Both the position numbers and the translations under genes were made by a program. The notes beneath the pieces are model-generated. The model was not told the origin of the DNA, searched no databases, and was given only the letters and a program-made list of their open reading frames with translations. A DNA stretch of 64,000 nt from a virus (taxonomy: Duplodnaviria; Caudoviricetes): IMG/VR virus record IMGVR_UViG_3300045049_000504, positions 1,119-65,118 of that record. One strand, given 5' to 3'. Shown here piece after piece: positions 46,771 to 55,764 of the stretch (within the stretch, counting starts at the first letter, position 1; every line of letters begins with the position of its first letter).

Positions 46771-47346
46771 ATGGCTCTCAAGGCGAGCGTGGCGAAGAAG
46801 ATCGCGGACGCGAAGGCGGCGGGCGGCGGCAACCGGTTGTGCGACAAGAAGGGCGACTACGTTCTGGCGGTCCGTCGCATCCTCATCAACGACGGGCACA
46901 AGGGGCTCATGTTCATCCCCGAGATGCGGGTGATGAAGTCGACCGCCCACGACGGCGCGGCAGCTCCCTGGCCGGAGGGCTCGAACGTCAGCTGCGCGTG
47001 GCCCCTCAACAAGGGCGGCGACGCGGGCTCGGCGGCGCTCGGCAACATCAAGGAGTTCTGCGCGGCGACGTTCGGCCTCAACCTCGACGGCATGACCGAA
47101 GAGCAGGTCCTCGAGGAGGTCGGGCCGTACGTCGGTGAGAAGGGCGACCCCGACTCGGAGGCCGCGCGCGGCGTCATCCTCCTCGCGAGCACCTACGACA
47201 AGAAGATCGAGCGCGGCGGCAACGCGGGCAAGGTGGGGACGTTCGCCCACTTCACCCACATCAGCGAGGAAGACGGCAACTCCGCCGAGGCCATCGAGGA
47301 GCGCAAGGCGCTGATCGACGCCTCGGAGAAGGGCGCCGGCAAGTAG
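46771..47346 (+). CDS. Putative single-stranded DNA-binding protein
   Basis: Position after the helicase; OB-like beta pattern; acidic C-terminal region. Inference only. Confidence 0.5.
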   Translation: MALKASVAKKIADAKAAGGGNRLCDKKGDYVLAVRRILINDGHKGLMFIPEMRVMKSTAHDGAAAPWPEGSNVSCAWPLNKGGDAGSAALGNIKEFCAATFGLNLDGMTEEQVLEEVGPYVGEKGDPDSEAARGVILLASTYDKKIERGGNAGKVGTFAHFTHISEEDGNSAEAIEERKALIDASEKGAGK

Positions 47347-47362
47347 CCGTAGTCGACCCGGC

Positions 47363-47510
47363 CCGCGCGTCGCGGCCTGGCTCACACCAGGCTCGGCGCG
47401 CGGGGCCTGCGGTGCGACGATTCGCCGCACCCTCGGTCCGCGCGTCGCGGCCTGGCTCACACCAGGCTCGAGCCGCGCGGCTCTTGCGGTGTGACAATTC
47501 GCCGCACCCT
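47363..47510. repeat. Two tandem ~75-bp units, each with two hairpins
   Basis: 33-bp identical core (47363-47395 = 47438-47470) with GCCTGG-CTCACA-CCAGGC stem-loop; second hairpin TGCGG..TTCGCCGCA. Confidence 0.85.
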
Positions 47511-47690
47511 GCCACCAGGCTTCGCCAGGTCGAGCAGCCTGGTTCGCAGCAGGTCGAGACCTGGTGAGAAGCAAGAGCGACAATTTTGACAGGTCAGACT
47601 GCCAATTTTGGGCGCGTAGGCGACGGTAGGCGCCTGTAGTTAGCGAGCGAGATCAGCGCGTTGCGCGGTCGGATAGCGAGCGTGCACCGC

Positions 47691-47706
47691 TGGCACGCAT
47701 TGTGCA
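47691..47706 (+). promoter_or_regulatory. Sigma54-type promoter (best match)
   Basis: TGGCACG-CATT-GTGCA versus consensus TGGCACG-N4-TTGCW; paired CAATTTTG sites at 47581 and 47603. Confidence 0.7.
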
Positions 47707-47778
47707 TAGCGTGCAACTCGCGTGTTGACCATTACACGCGTTTCGCAGCAAAACAGCGTTTGCGAGGAGAGCGTAGAC

Positions 47779-48222
47779 ATGCGTGAGACGGAAAAGACGG
47801 GTCTTCAACCTACGGACGTTTCACCCACAAAGCGCCGGGTGGTCGGGTCGGTCGCGGCGACCCACCGCGGCCGGGCCGTGACGCGCGGCGGGCGCTGGGT
47901 GCCGGGCCTCCCCGTCGTGGACGGACGCGAGGTCCGCGCCGACCAGTGCCTCCACGACTGGCGCCCGGTGCCGGGCAAGGAGCGCGGGACCGAGGCGTGC
48001 TCGCAGTGCCCGGCCACGTGCCGCCGCGGCGAGGACGACAAGATCGAGTCGTACTCGGCGGGGCTCGCCGCCCCCGAGCGCCCGGCGCGCGAGTGGCGCC
48101 AGGCGGCCAAAGCCGAGCGGCTCATGGCGCAGCAGTTCGCGTCGGGGGTCGGGCCGCGCAAGCTTGCCGACGACGAGATCGTCGCCGGCATGCGGACCGT
48201 CGGGATCGAGGTGGGCTCGTGA
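47779..48222 (+). CDS. Hypothetical protein with CxH..CxxC..C
   Basis: SD GAGGAG; CLHDW..CSQCPATC. Confidence 0.6.
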   Translation: MRETEKTGLQPTDVSPTKRRVVGSVAATHRGRAVTRGGRWVPGLPVVDGREVRADQCLHDWRPVPGKERGTEACSQCPATCRRGEDDKIESYSAGLAAPERPAREWRQAAKAERLMAQQFASGVGPRKLADDEIVAGMRTVGIEVGS

Positions 48223-48401
48223 GCGGCCCGCGCAAGCCCCAGGCGCCGAAGAAGGTCGCGGCCGATTACAGCGCGCTCGAGTTGCGGCTCATCGCCGACT
48301 ACCTCATGAAGCGTGAGCGCGAGAAGCCGTTCAAGGCCAAGTCCGGGCTGGGCGGTCGGCGCCGCCGCGCGCGCCGTCGCGCCAAGGCGGTGCGCTCGTG
48401 A
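48219..48401 (+). CDS. Small basic protein containing a PolA motif-A-like peptide
   Basis: ADYSALELRLIA. Confidence 0.55.
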   Translation: MSGPRKPQAPKKVAADYSALELRLIADYLMKREREKPFKAKSGLGGRRRRARRRAKAVRS

Positions 48402-48916
48402 CGCTGCGCGAGGCGATCACGGCGTACCTCTCGGGGCTGGGCGGCTTCGTCACCGCCACCGAGATCATCGACGGCGTCGTCGCCGCGGGCTGCACCGACG
48501 GGCGCGAGGTCCGGTCGACGCTCTCGCGGCTCCTCGCCGCCGGCGAGGTGACCCGCTATCGCGACGAGTCGCAGGTCGGGCGCGCGTACGTCTACTCGCT
48601 GGCGACGGCGGAGGCCAAGGCGACCGCGGCCAAGAAGTCGCGCCCGTCGGCGCTCGCGGCCAAGAAGAAGCCCGAGCGCGCGGCGGCGAAGGACCCGGCC
48701 GTCGCCGAACTGGAGGACCAGGTGCAGTTCCTCATCAAGCGGAACCGCCGCCTGCTCGACCTGCTCGGCTCCATTCACGACGCGGTCGACTTCGGCGTGC
48801 GCAACCAGCTCGCCGATGAGGTCCGCAAGATCGTCGCGAACGACCGCGGCTACGCGCTCAGGAAGATCGAGATCGAGACGACCACCACGACCACGACGGA
48901 GGCGACCCAATGCTGA
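48398..48916 (+). CDS. BlaI/MecI-like winged-helix protein
   Basis: TATEIID..VRSTLSRLLAAGEVTR..GRAYVYS. Confidence 0.7.
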   Translation: MTLREAITAYLSGLGGFVTATEIIDGVVAAGCTDGREVRSTLSRLLAAGEVTRYRDESQVGRAYVYSLATAEAKATAAKKSRPSALAAKKKPERAAAKDPAVAELEDQVQFLIKRNRRLLDLLGSIHDAVDFGVRNQLADEVRKIVANDRGYALRKIEIETTTTTTTEATQC

Positions 48917-49179
48917 TGAAGGCTGGAAAGTTCTGCGGGCATTTCGAGGGCAAGGGTCACGACTGCGCCTACGTCGACTGGCGCGACGCGCTGGTCCCGC
49001 TCGCGACGCAGCACGCCGACAAGCTCTGCGGGCCCGAGCCGTCGGACCCGGTGGACGCCGCGCGCTGGTCGCAGCGCTGGGACTCCACCTACCACCGCGA
49101 GATGAAGCGCCTGACGGAGGACCCGTTCACGCGCGCCTCGATGGTCCTCGCGGCCGCGCGCTCGTCGGAGGTGCACTGA
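48910..49179 (+). CDS. Hypothetical protein
   Basis: SD GGAGG; coupled to neighbours. Confidence 0.55.
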   Translation: MLMKAGKFCGHFEGKGHDCAYVDWRDALVPLATQHADKLCGPEPSDPVDAARWSQRWDSTYHREMKRLTEDPFTRASMVLAAARSSEVH

Positions 49180-49556
49180 TGGTCCGCCCCATCTGGTACT
49201 ACCACCTCAAGCGCGCCAAGCTGATGTGGAACATCATCAGGCTCGGCGGCGACCTGCGCGGCGGGCTGCGTCGCCTGTCGATCCGCGCGCTCGGCCGCGC
49301 GCTGCAGCGCGTGCAGCTCGCCCGCCGCGATGCGAACGTCGACGCCCGCGCGGACCGCGCCGCCGCCCGCGCCGAGAAGCGGGCCGCCCGCGCGCGCGGC
49401 CTCGACGTCTACGGCTCCGTCGCCCACCGCGCCGCGTCCGCCGAGCGCGACGCCGCCGAGGCCGCGAGGCCGGTCCGGTCGGTGTTCTCCGGCGGCGCGG
49501 GTTTCCTGAACCTGCGCCCGATCGAAGAACGCGTCGCCAGGCGGAAGGGGGCCTGA
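49179..49556 (+). CDS. Hypothetical Arg-rich protein
   Basis: TGATG coupling; SD GGAGG. Confidence 0.5.
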   Translation: MVRPIWYYHLKRAKLMWNIIRLGGDLRGGLRRLSIRALGRALQRVQLARRDANVDARADRAAARAEKRAARARGLDVYGSVAHRAASAERDAAEAARPVRSVFSGGAGFLNLRPIEERVARRKGA

Positions 49557-49979
49557 CCGTGGGCAAGGTTGACGCCGGACGAGTGCCGGGCGATGGCGCG
49601 CGCGCTCGAGAAGCGATCGAGAAGGGGTGGCCGAAGTGATCCCGCGGCCTGACCTTCCAGGGGCACCACCAGCTCGAGCTGGCGGGCAACAAGGCGCGGC
49701 TGCGGGACGACCTGCGCCGCTACTTCCGCGCGCGGGCCGAGGACTCGATGGACGACGACGCGCCCGGGCTGGCGCGATGAGCCGGGAGCATCCGCAGACA
49801 GCCAAGGCGCGACAGCGGCTCATCCAATGGGCGCTGCCACGAGCGCTGCTGGCACTCGTGGCCATTGCAGAAGACGAGTGCCTTGATCGCCGAGCACGGC
49901 TGATCGCTGGGGGCGAGCTCGATGCCATCATCGGACGAGCAAAGCGGTCGCGACTGTGGCGCCGCGCAGGTAGGAGCAA

Positions 49980-50321
49980 GTGATGACCAGAGTGCCGAGT
50001 ACGTGGCCCGAGATTGATTTTGAACTGGTGCAACCACAAGGGGCGACTCCGCCGACCGCGGACGACGGTCCCTTTCTGCGTGCCAGCACGCTCGCTCCCG
50101 ATGGCACACCGCTCGCCATACAGGCGGACCTCCGGCACGTTGCCGAAGAGCAAGCGCGCGGGATGTTGGCGGAGTGCCTGCGCGCGCTCGTCGGCACGCG
50201 GCTGCCGCCGCCCACGGGCCAGGAGACCGCGCCGGGCGTGGCCGCGCATCCCACTGAGCGGCGCTTTGAGTACGTGGGCGGCGTGGACTTCCAGCGCTAC
50301 CCGGGCCTCGACGAAGGATGA
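49980..50321 (+). CDS. Hypothetical protein
   Basis: SD AGGAG; in operon order. Confidence 0.45.
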   Translation: MMTRVPSTWPEIDFELVQPQGATPPTADDGPFLRASTLAPDGTPLAIQADLRHVAEEQARGMLAECLRALVGTRLPPPTGQETAPGVAAHPTERRFEYVGGVDFQRYPGLDEG

Positions 50322-50451
50322 TAGCCATGTCCATTGGCCCCTCGCGCAAGCAGGTGCTGAACCTCGTCGCCCCCGCCATCGGCACCCTCGTCGGGCTCGC
50401 GGTCCGCGTCGCGGCGGGGACGCTCGGCCGCCTGCTAATCGAGATCGCCCG

Positions 50452-52779
50452 ATGAGCTTCGGCGACGAGCGCGACTGGGCGTCGGAGCTGCCGCAGTTCC
50501 GGGCGCTCGACCTCGAGACGCACCTGATGGAGCAGGGCATCCTCGCTCCCAAGATCGTCTGCGGGTCGGGCGCCCGGTTCGACGTCGCCGGCCAGGTCGA
50601 GGGGCACTTCATCCCCGACTGGCAGGCGGCGCTCGCCGAGGCGCGCGAGCTGCTCGAGGACCCCGAGGTCGTGATCGTCGGCGCCAACGTCGCCTACGAC
50701 CTCGGGTGCCTGGTCGCGGCCGACCCGTCGCTGCTGCCGCTCGTGTTCCGGGCGTACGGCGCCGGCCGCGTCTACGACGCCCTCGTCGCCCAGTCCCTCG
50801 ACGCGATCGCCCGGGGCGAGCTGTACGTCGAGCCCGGCACGCGCCAGCCCATGCGCGGGCGGTATTCGCTCGACACCTGCGTGCGCCAGACCCTCGGGCG
50901 CGACGACGCCAAGGATCACGACTACTGGCGCAAGCGGTACGCGCTGCTCGACCCCGTGCCGCGCTCGGAGTGGCCAGCCGACGCGCTCCAGTACCCCGTC
51001 GACGACGCGAAGAACACGCTCGAGCTGGCCGGCGCGCAGGTCGCCGGCGGCGGGCTCGGCGCCGCGCCCGGACCGCACCGCAACCTCGGCGACCTGCCGG
51101 CGCAGGTCGAGACCGCGTGGGACCTGCACCTCGGCGCGATCTGGGGTTTCCGCACGAGCCGCGAGCGCGTCGCGCGCCTGCGCGCCCGCGTCGAGGCGCA
51201 GCACGCCGCCTTCGTCGACAAGTTCCGCGCGCTCGGCTTCATCAAGCTCCCCGTCGAGGGGCACGGCACGGCGTGTCGGTGCAAGGACTGCCGGGCTGCC
51301 GCCGAGTCGAAACTCGACCGCCGCGCCGTCAAGCGCGCCGTCGTGCGGGCGTACGCGACGTCGGAGGTCGGCCCGTGCCCGCGCTGCGTCGGCGGCAAGG
51401 TCCTGTCGCAGAAGTCCGGCAAGCCCGTCAACTGCGACGCGTGCGACGGCACGGGGCTCGACATCGACGCGTCGGGGGCGCCGCGCACCGACGGCGGCGG
51501 CGTGAGCGCCGACCGCGACTCGCTGCTCGAGTCCGGCGACGAGGACCTCATGGCCCTCGGCGAGAACGAGGCCGAGAAGATCCGCGACACCTACCTGCCG
51601 TTCCTCGAGTCCGGCGTCGAGCGGCCCATCTCGCTCCGCCCCAACGTGCTCGTGGCGTCGGGGCGCACGTCGTACGACGGGCTCATCCAGCTCCTGCCTA
51701 GGGAAGGCGGCGTCCGCGAGTGCATCGCCGCCAGGCCGGGCTACGTCTTCTGCTCGGTCGACTACGCCGCGCTCGAGCTGTGCACGCTCGCGCAGGTCTG
51801 TCTGTGGGTGCTCGGCAAGTCGACGATGGCCGACACCATCAACGCCACCGGCGACCCCGGCATGCTGCACACCGCGCTCGCCGCGCAGCTCGCCGGCTGC
51901 ACGACGGAGGAGATGGTCGGGCGGCTCAAGAGCGCCGACAAGGTCGTCGCGATGATGGCCAAGCGCTACCGCCACGCCGCCAAGGCCGGCAACTTCGGCT
52001 TCCCCGGCGGGATGGGCGCGTACAAGTTCGTGCTCTCGAAGCGCAAGAAGAACGAGGGGTCGACCGAGGCGCCCGACGGGTTCAAGTATCCCGGCATCCG
52101 GTTCTGCCTCCTCCTCGGCGGCGCCGAGCGCTGCGGCGTCGAGAAGTTCTCGCAGCCCGACCGCAACGGCAACCCGATGCCGCCGATCTGCCGGGCGTGC
52201 TTCGACCAGGTCAACGACGTCCTGCGCCCCGCCTGGTTCCGCCAGTGGGACGACATCGGCCCGACGTCGAAACCCGGCACCTACTTCGCGTGGGTGCAGG
52301 ACCGCATCGGCGAGTGGGGCGACGGCGAGCTGCCGTGCTTCGGCACGCACCGCGTCCGCGGCGGGCTCGACTTCACGAACGGGTCGAACAACGGGTTCCA
52401 GGCGCTCGCGGCCGACGGCGCGAAGAACGCGCTCCGCAAGCTCGTGCGCGAGTGCTACCTCGACGAAGGTTCGCCGCTGTGGGGCACCAGGCCGATCTTC
52501 TTCGTCCACGATGAGATAGTGGCGGAGATCCCCGAGGAGCGCGCCGCGCTCGCCGGGCCGCGCATGGCGGAGGTCATGGTCGCCGCGATGCGCGAGTACG
52601 TCGAGGACGTGACGGTGAAGGCCGAGCCGGCGCTGATGCGGCACTGGGTGAAGATCGCCGAGCCGGCGTACGTCGGCGTCGACGACGGGTCGCTCAACGA
52701 GAAGGGCAAGCCGTGGGACAAGCCCGCGCCGGGCAGGGTGCTCGTGCCGTGGGACGACTACCACGAATACGCGTACTGA
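50452..52779 (+). CDS. Family A DNA polymerase with 3'-5' exonuclease and a Zn-finger insertion
   Basis: ExoI DLET, ExoII NVAYD, ExoIII YPVDD; SGRTS; motif A DYAALE; motif B RHAAKAGNFG; motif C VHDE. Confidence 0.93.
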   Translation: MSFGDERDWASELPQFRALDLETHLMEQGILAPKIVCGSGARFDVAGQVEGHFIPDWQAALAEARELLEDPEVVIVGANVAYDLGCLVAADPSLLPLVFRAYGAGRVYDALVAQSLDAIARGELYVEPGTRQPMRGRYSLDTCVRQTLGRDDAKDHDYWRKRYALLDPVPRSEWPADALQYPVDDAKNTLELAGAQVAGGGLGAAPGPHRNLGDLPAQVETAWDLHLGAIWGFRTSRERVARLRARVEAQHAAFVDKFRALGFIKLPVEGHGTACRCKDCRAAAESKLDRRAVKRAVVRAYATSEVGPCPRCVGGKVLSQKSGKPVNCDACDGTGLDIDASGAPRTDGGGVSADRDSLLESGDEDLMALGENEAEKIRDTYLPFLESGVERPISLRPNVLVASGRTSYDGLIQLLPREGGVRECIAARPGYVFCSVDYAALELCTLAQVCLWVLGKSTMADTINATGDPGMLHTALAAQLAGCTTEEMVGRLKSADKVVAMMAKRYRHAAKAGNFGFPGGMGAYKFVLSKRKKNEGSTEAPDGFKYPGIRFCLLLGGAERCGVEKFSQPDRNGNPMPPICRACFDQVNDVLRPAWFRQWDDIGPTSKPGTYFAWVQDRIGEWGDGELPCFGTHRVRGGLDFTNGSNNGFQALAADGAKNALRKLVRECYLDEGSPLWGTRPIFFVHDEIVAEIPEERAALAGPRMAEVMVAAMREYVEDVTVKAEPALMRHWVKIAEPAYVGVDDGSLNEKGKPWDKPAPGRVLVPWDDYHEYAY

Positions 52780-52832
52780 CGGAGGATACCGATGACGCTC
52801 TCGAACGGCTGCGCCGCGAAGCGGGTGGCGCT

Positions 52833-53327
52833 GTGATCCGGGCCATCATCGTCGGCGAGGACAACCCGCGCTCGAGCGACCCGCGGGACGCGCTCTTCCC
52901 GTATCCGATAAACTGCGCCGGCGAGCGGCTGCAGCGGCTCGTATTCGGCGTGTCGGTCGAGACGTACCTCAGCGACTACGAGCGCGTGAACCTCTGCGAG
53001 TCGGGGCGCTGGTCGGCGAGGGTCGCGCGCGAGAAGGCGTACCAGGTCGGGATCCGCGCGAGCCTGCTCGGCGGCGGCGCCAAGATCGTCATGCTCGGGC
53101 GCAAGGTCGCCGACGCGTTCGACCGCAGCTGGACCGGCGTGCCGCGCGAGCTGTTCACCGCCGCCGGCCCGTTCGTGCTGCTGCCGCACCCGTCGGGTCG
53201 CTGCCGCGAGTGGAACGCCCCTGGCGCGTTTGCGCGCGCCCGCAAGCTCCTGGTCGACGTCGGCGTCGTGCCGACCTGTCAGTTCGAATGCGCCGCACCA
53301 GGTTGCGGCGGAGGGTGCCGCACATGA
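52833..53327 (+). CDS. Uracil-DNA glycosylase superfamily-like protein
   Basis: IIVGEDNP, AGERL, RVNL, IVMLGRKVA, LLPHPSGR..WN. Confidence 0.7.
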   Translation: MIRAIIVGEDNPRSSDPRDALFPYPINCAGERLQRLVFGVSVETYLSDYERVNLCESGRWSARVAREKAYQVGIRASLLGGGAKIVMLGRKVADAFDRSWTGVPRELFTAAGPFVLLPHPSGRCREWNAPGAFARARKLLVDVGVVPTCQFECAAPGCGGGCRT

Positions 53328-53743
53328 AGTTCTACGTCGCCGCTTCGCTGAAGGACGAGGCCGCCGCTCGGGCCGTCATGGACGCGCTCCGCGGTCGCGG
53401 GCACGAGATCACGTTCGACTGGGTCGCTGAGGAGGAGCGCGGCGCGCAGTGGGGCGAGGACAAGCGCCGCGAGGTCGCGCAGCTCGAGATCGACGGCGTT
53501 CGCGCCGCCGACGCGGTCGTGTTCATCGCGCCCGGCGGCCGCGGCGCGCACTGCGAGCTTGGCGCGGCGCTCGCGCTCGGCGCGCCGGTGCTCCTCGTCG
53601 GAGTGTGGGAGTTCTCGCTCTTCTACTACCACCCCAACGTGACCTGGCTGCGCGGCGTCCTCCGCCGGGACCTCACCGACGAGCAGCACGGCCCCGCGTT
53701 CGCGGACATCGTCGCCGAGCGCGCCGAGAATCTCGCGTGCTGA
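53324..53743 (+). CDS. Nucleoside 2-deoxyribosyltransferase / nucleotide N-glycosidase-like protein
   Basis: KFYVAAS, GHEITFDW, EIDGVRAADAVV, GRGAHCELGAALALG. Confidence 0.8.
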   Translation: MKFYVAASLKDEAAARAVMDALRGRGHEITFDWVAEEERGAQWGEDKRREVAQLEIDGVRAADAVVFIAPGGRGAHCELGAALALGAPVLLVGVWEFSLFYYHPNVTWLRGVLRRDLTDEQHGPAFADIVAERAENLAC

Positions 53744-54290
53744 GCCTCGACGAGGTCGAGGCCGCCGGCGGCTACACGGTCATCTACGCCGACGCGCCGT
53801 GGAGGTACACGCAGAACGGGCGCGGCGCGGCGGAGAACCACTACCGCACGATGTCGCTCGAGGAGATCCGCGCGCTCCCCGTCGCGCGCATCGCCGCGCC
53901 GACGTCGGTGCTCTTCCTGTGGGGCACCTGGCCGAAGCTGCTCGAGGTCCAGTCGGTGATCCCGGCGTGGGGCTTCGAGTACAAGACCCTCGGCTTCACC
54001 TGGATCAAGCACTACGGCAAGTCGGAGAAGCCGTTCTGTGGCGGCGGGTCGTGGACGCGGTCCAACGAGGAGTTCTGCCTCCTCGCGGTCCGCGGCAAGC
54101 CGCGGCGCGCCGACACGCAGGCGGCGAGCACCCCGGCGAGCATTCCGCGAAGCCGGCGATCGTGCGCGATCGCATCGTGCAGCTCCTCGGCGACGTGCCG
54201 CGGATCGAGCTTTTCGCCCGCGAGCGCGTCGCGGGTTGGGACGCATGGGGCCTTGAAGTGCCCGGAGGTAGTGACATTGTTCTGGGATAA
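53737..54290 (+). pseudogene. MT-A70 family adenine methyltransferase with a -1 frameshift near 54129
   Basis: YADAPWRY, HYRTM, LFLW, WGFEYKT, RSNEEFCL in frame A; EHSAKP..RIELFAR..GWDAWG in frame B. Confidence 0.8.
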
Positions 54291-54355
54291 GGTTGACGTC
54301 GGTGACGACCCGAAGCTGGGCGCGCCCGACGTAGACCTGACGGGAGGCTGAGGCG

Positions 54356-54652
54356 ATGGCGAACGGGGAGTCGATCTTGGAGTCGCTCGACGACAACATC
54401 GCGGCGCTCGTGGCGGCGGCGGTGAAGTCGGCGAAGGACACGTTCGAGGCGGTCGAGAGCGGGCGCGTGAGGTTGCCCGACGGCGACCAACCAGACCTGC
54501 GCGCGATGGCGGTGTCGTGGGTGGCGGTGTTCCACCTGTGCCTGTCGCTCGGGCTCGAGCTGCCGACGGGCCCGACGCCGACGACGGGCGTCGCGGTCGT
54601 GCTGAACTTCGTCGCGCGGCACCTGCTCAGGCTGAAGAAGGAGGCGAACTGA
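54356..54652 (+). CDS. Hypothetical protein
   Basis: SD-like GAGG; coupled to the next ORF. Confidence 0.5.
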   Translation: MANGESILESLDDNIAALVAAAVKSAKDTFEAVESGRVRLPDGDQPDLRAMAVSWVAVFHLCLSLGLELPTGPTPTTGVAVVLNFVARHLLRLKKEAN

Positions 54653-54948
54653 TGGGCTCGAGGTCGAAGAAGTGGTCGGACAAGGCGACGACGCCGGGGC
54701 GGCGGCCGCCCGCCGAGCGGCCGCGCAAGCAGGAGGTCCTGAACTTCACGGCCGCGTTCTGGGACGCGGTGCGCGACCGCGCCAGCCGCGCGTCGCTCGA
54801 GGAGGACTGCTCGATCCGCAAGAACCGCCGGCGCCGCGCCGCGAAGCCCGCGCCCGAGCGCCAGGTCTCGCACCGCGACCGCGGGCGGCCCGGCTACAAG
54901 CTCGCGTCGGCGCTCGTCTGCGCGCTCGGCTCGCTGGTGCGGCGGTGA
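54652..54948 (+). CDS. Hypothetical basic protein
   Basis: SD AAGGAGG; TGATG coupling. Confidence 0.5.
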   Translation: MGSRSKKWSDKATTPGRRPPAERPRKQEVLNFTAAFWDAVRDRASRASLEEDCSIRKNRRRRAAKPAPERQVSHRDRGRPGYKLASALVCALGSLVRR

Positions 54949-55224
54949 CGTTCGCCGCGTTCCAGGCCGCGACCACCGGCGCGACGCTGGGGTTCTTCGC
55001 GTGCGTCGCGACGGGCACGTCGCCGAAGGCCTCCGCCGTCGGGGCGCTGGCCGCGCTCGCGGTCGCGGTCGCCGTCATGGTGCTGTGGTGAGCGCGCCGA
55101 AGCTCCGCGGGCACGCGTACTTCGTCGAATTCGCCGGGCGGAACGGTCCGGGCTGGGGCCCGTGGCTGGCCGCGCTCGCGGTCGGGGCGATGCTCGTCGC
55201 CGGGTTCGTGGCGGAGGCGCTGCG

Positions 55225-55746
55225 GTGAGCCTGCTCGCGGTCGACCCCGGCATCCGCGGCTGCGGCGCCGCCGTCTTCCGCGGCGGCAAGCTCGTCGCGG
55301 CGGCGTACGTGAAGAACCCGCTGCGCTCGGGCAACCGCGCGCGCGAGGCCGCGGCGATGGCGGAGGCCGTGCGCGACTGGTCGCTCGCGCTCGACGTCGA
55401 CGAGCTGGCCGTCGAGTGGATGCAGGTCTACTGGGGGGACGAGCACGGCAAGGACCCGAACGACCTCCTCGCGCTGTGCGGGATCGGCGCCGCGCTCTCC
55501 GCCCTCGTGTCGGAGGACGCGACGTCGTACCTGGTCAGCGAGTGGAAGCGCACCATGAAGAAGGAGCCGTGCCACGCGCGCATCAGGTTGCGGCTCGAGC
55601 CCGATGAGCTTAAGATAGCGAAGGCGGCCGTCGCCGCCGCGGGCTCGCTCGGCCACAACGTGTGGGACGCGGTCGGCATCGGTCTGCACCACGTGCGACG
55701 GCTCGGGATCGTCGGTCCCGGGCGGCACCGCGTGATCCCCGTCTAG
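55225..55746 (+). CDS. RuvC-like Holliday junction resolvase
   Basis: LLAVDPG..GAA, LAVE, EWK, HNVWDAVGIG. Confidence 0.8.
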   Translation: MSLLAVDPGIRGCGAAVFRGGKLVAAAYVKNPLRSGNRAREAAAMAEAVRDWSLALDVDELAVEWMQVYWGDEHGKDPNDLLALCGIGAALSALVSEDATSYLVSEWKRTMKKEPCHARIRLRLEPDELKIAKAAVAAAGSLGHNVWDAVGIGLHHVRRLGIVGPGRHRVIPV

Positions 55747-55764
55747 CGACGGGGCAGAGGTCTC

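Noticed and set aside
47363-47510. Possible mini CRISPR array or tRNA genes
   Set aside because: Only two units, the would-be spacers are similar to each other, there is no cas operon (the Cas4-like gene is a typical phage exonuclease), and there is no cloverleaf, 7-nt anticodon loop or T-loop.
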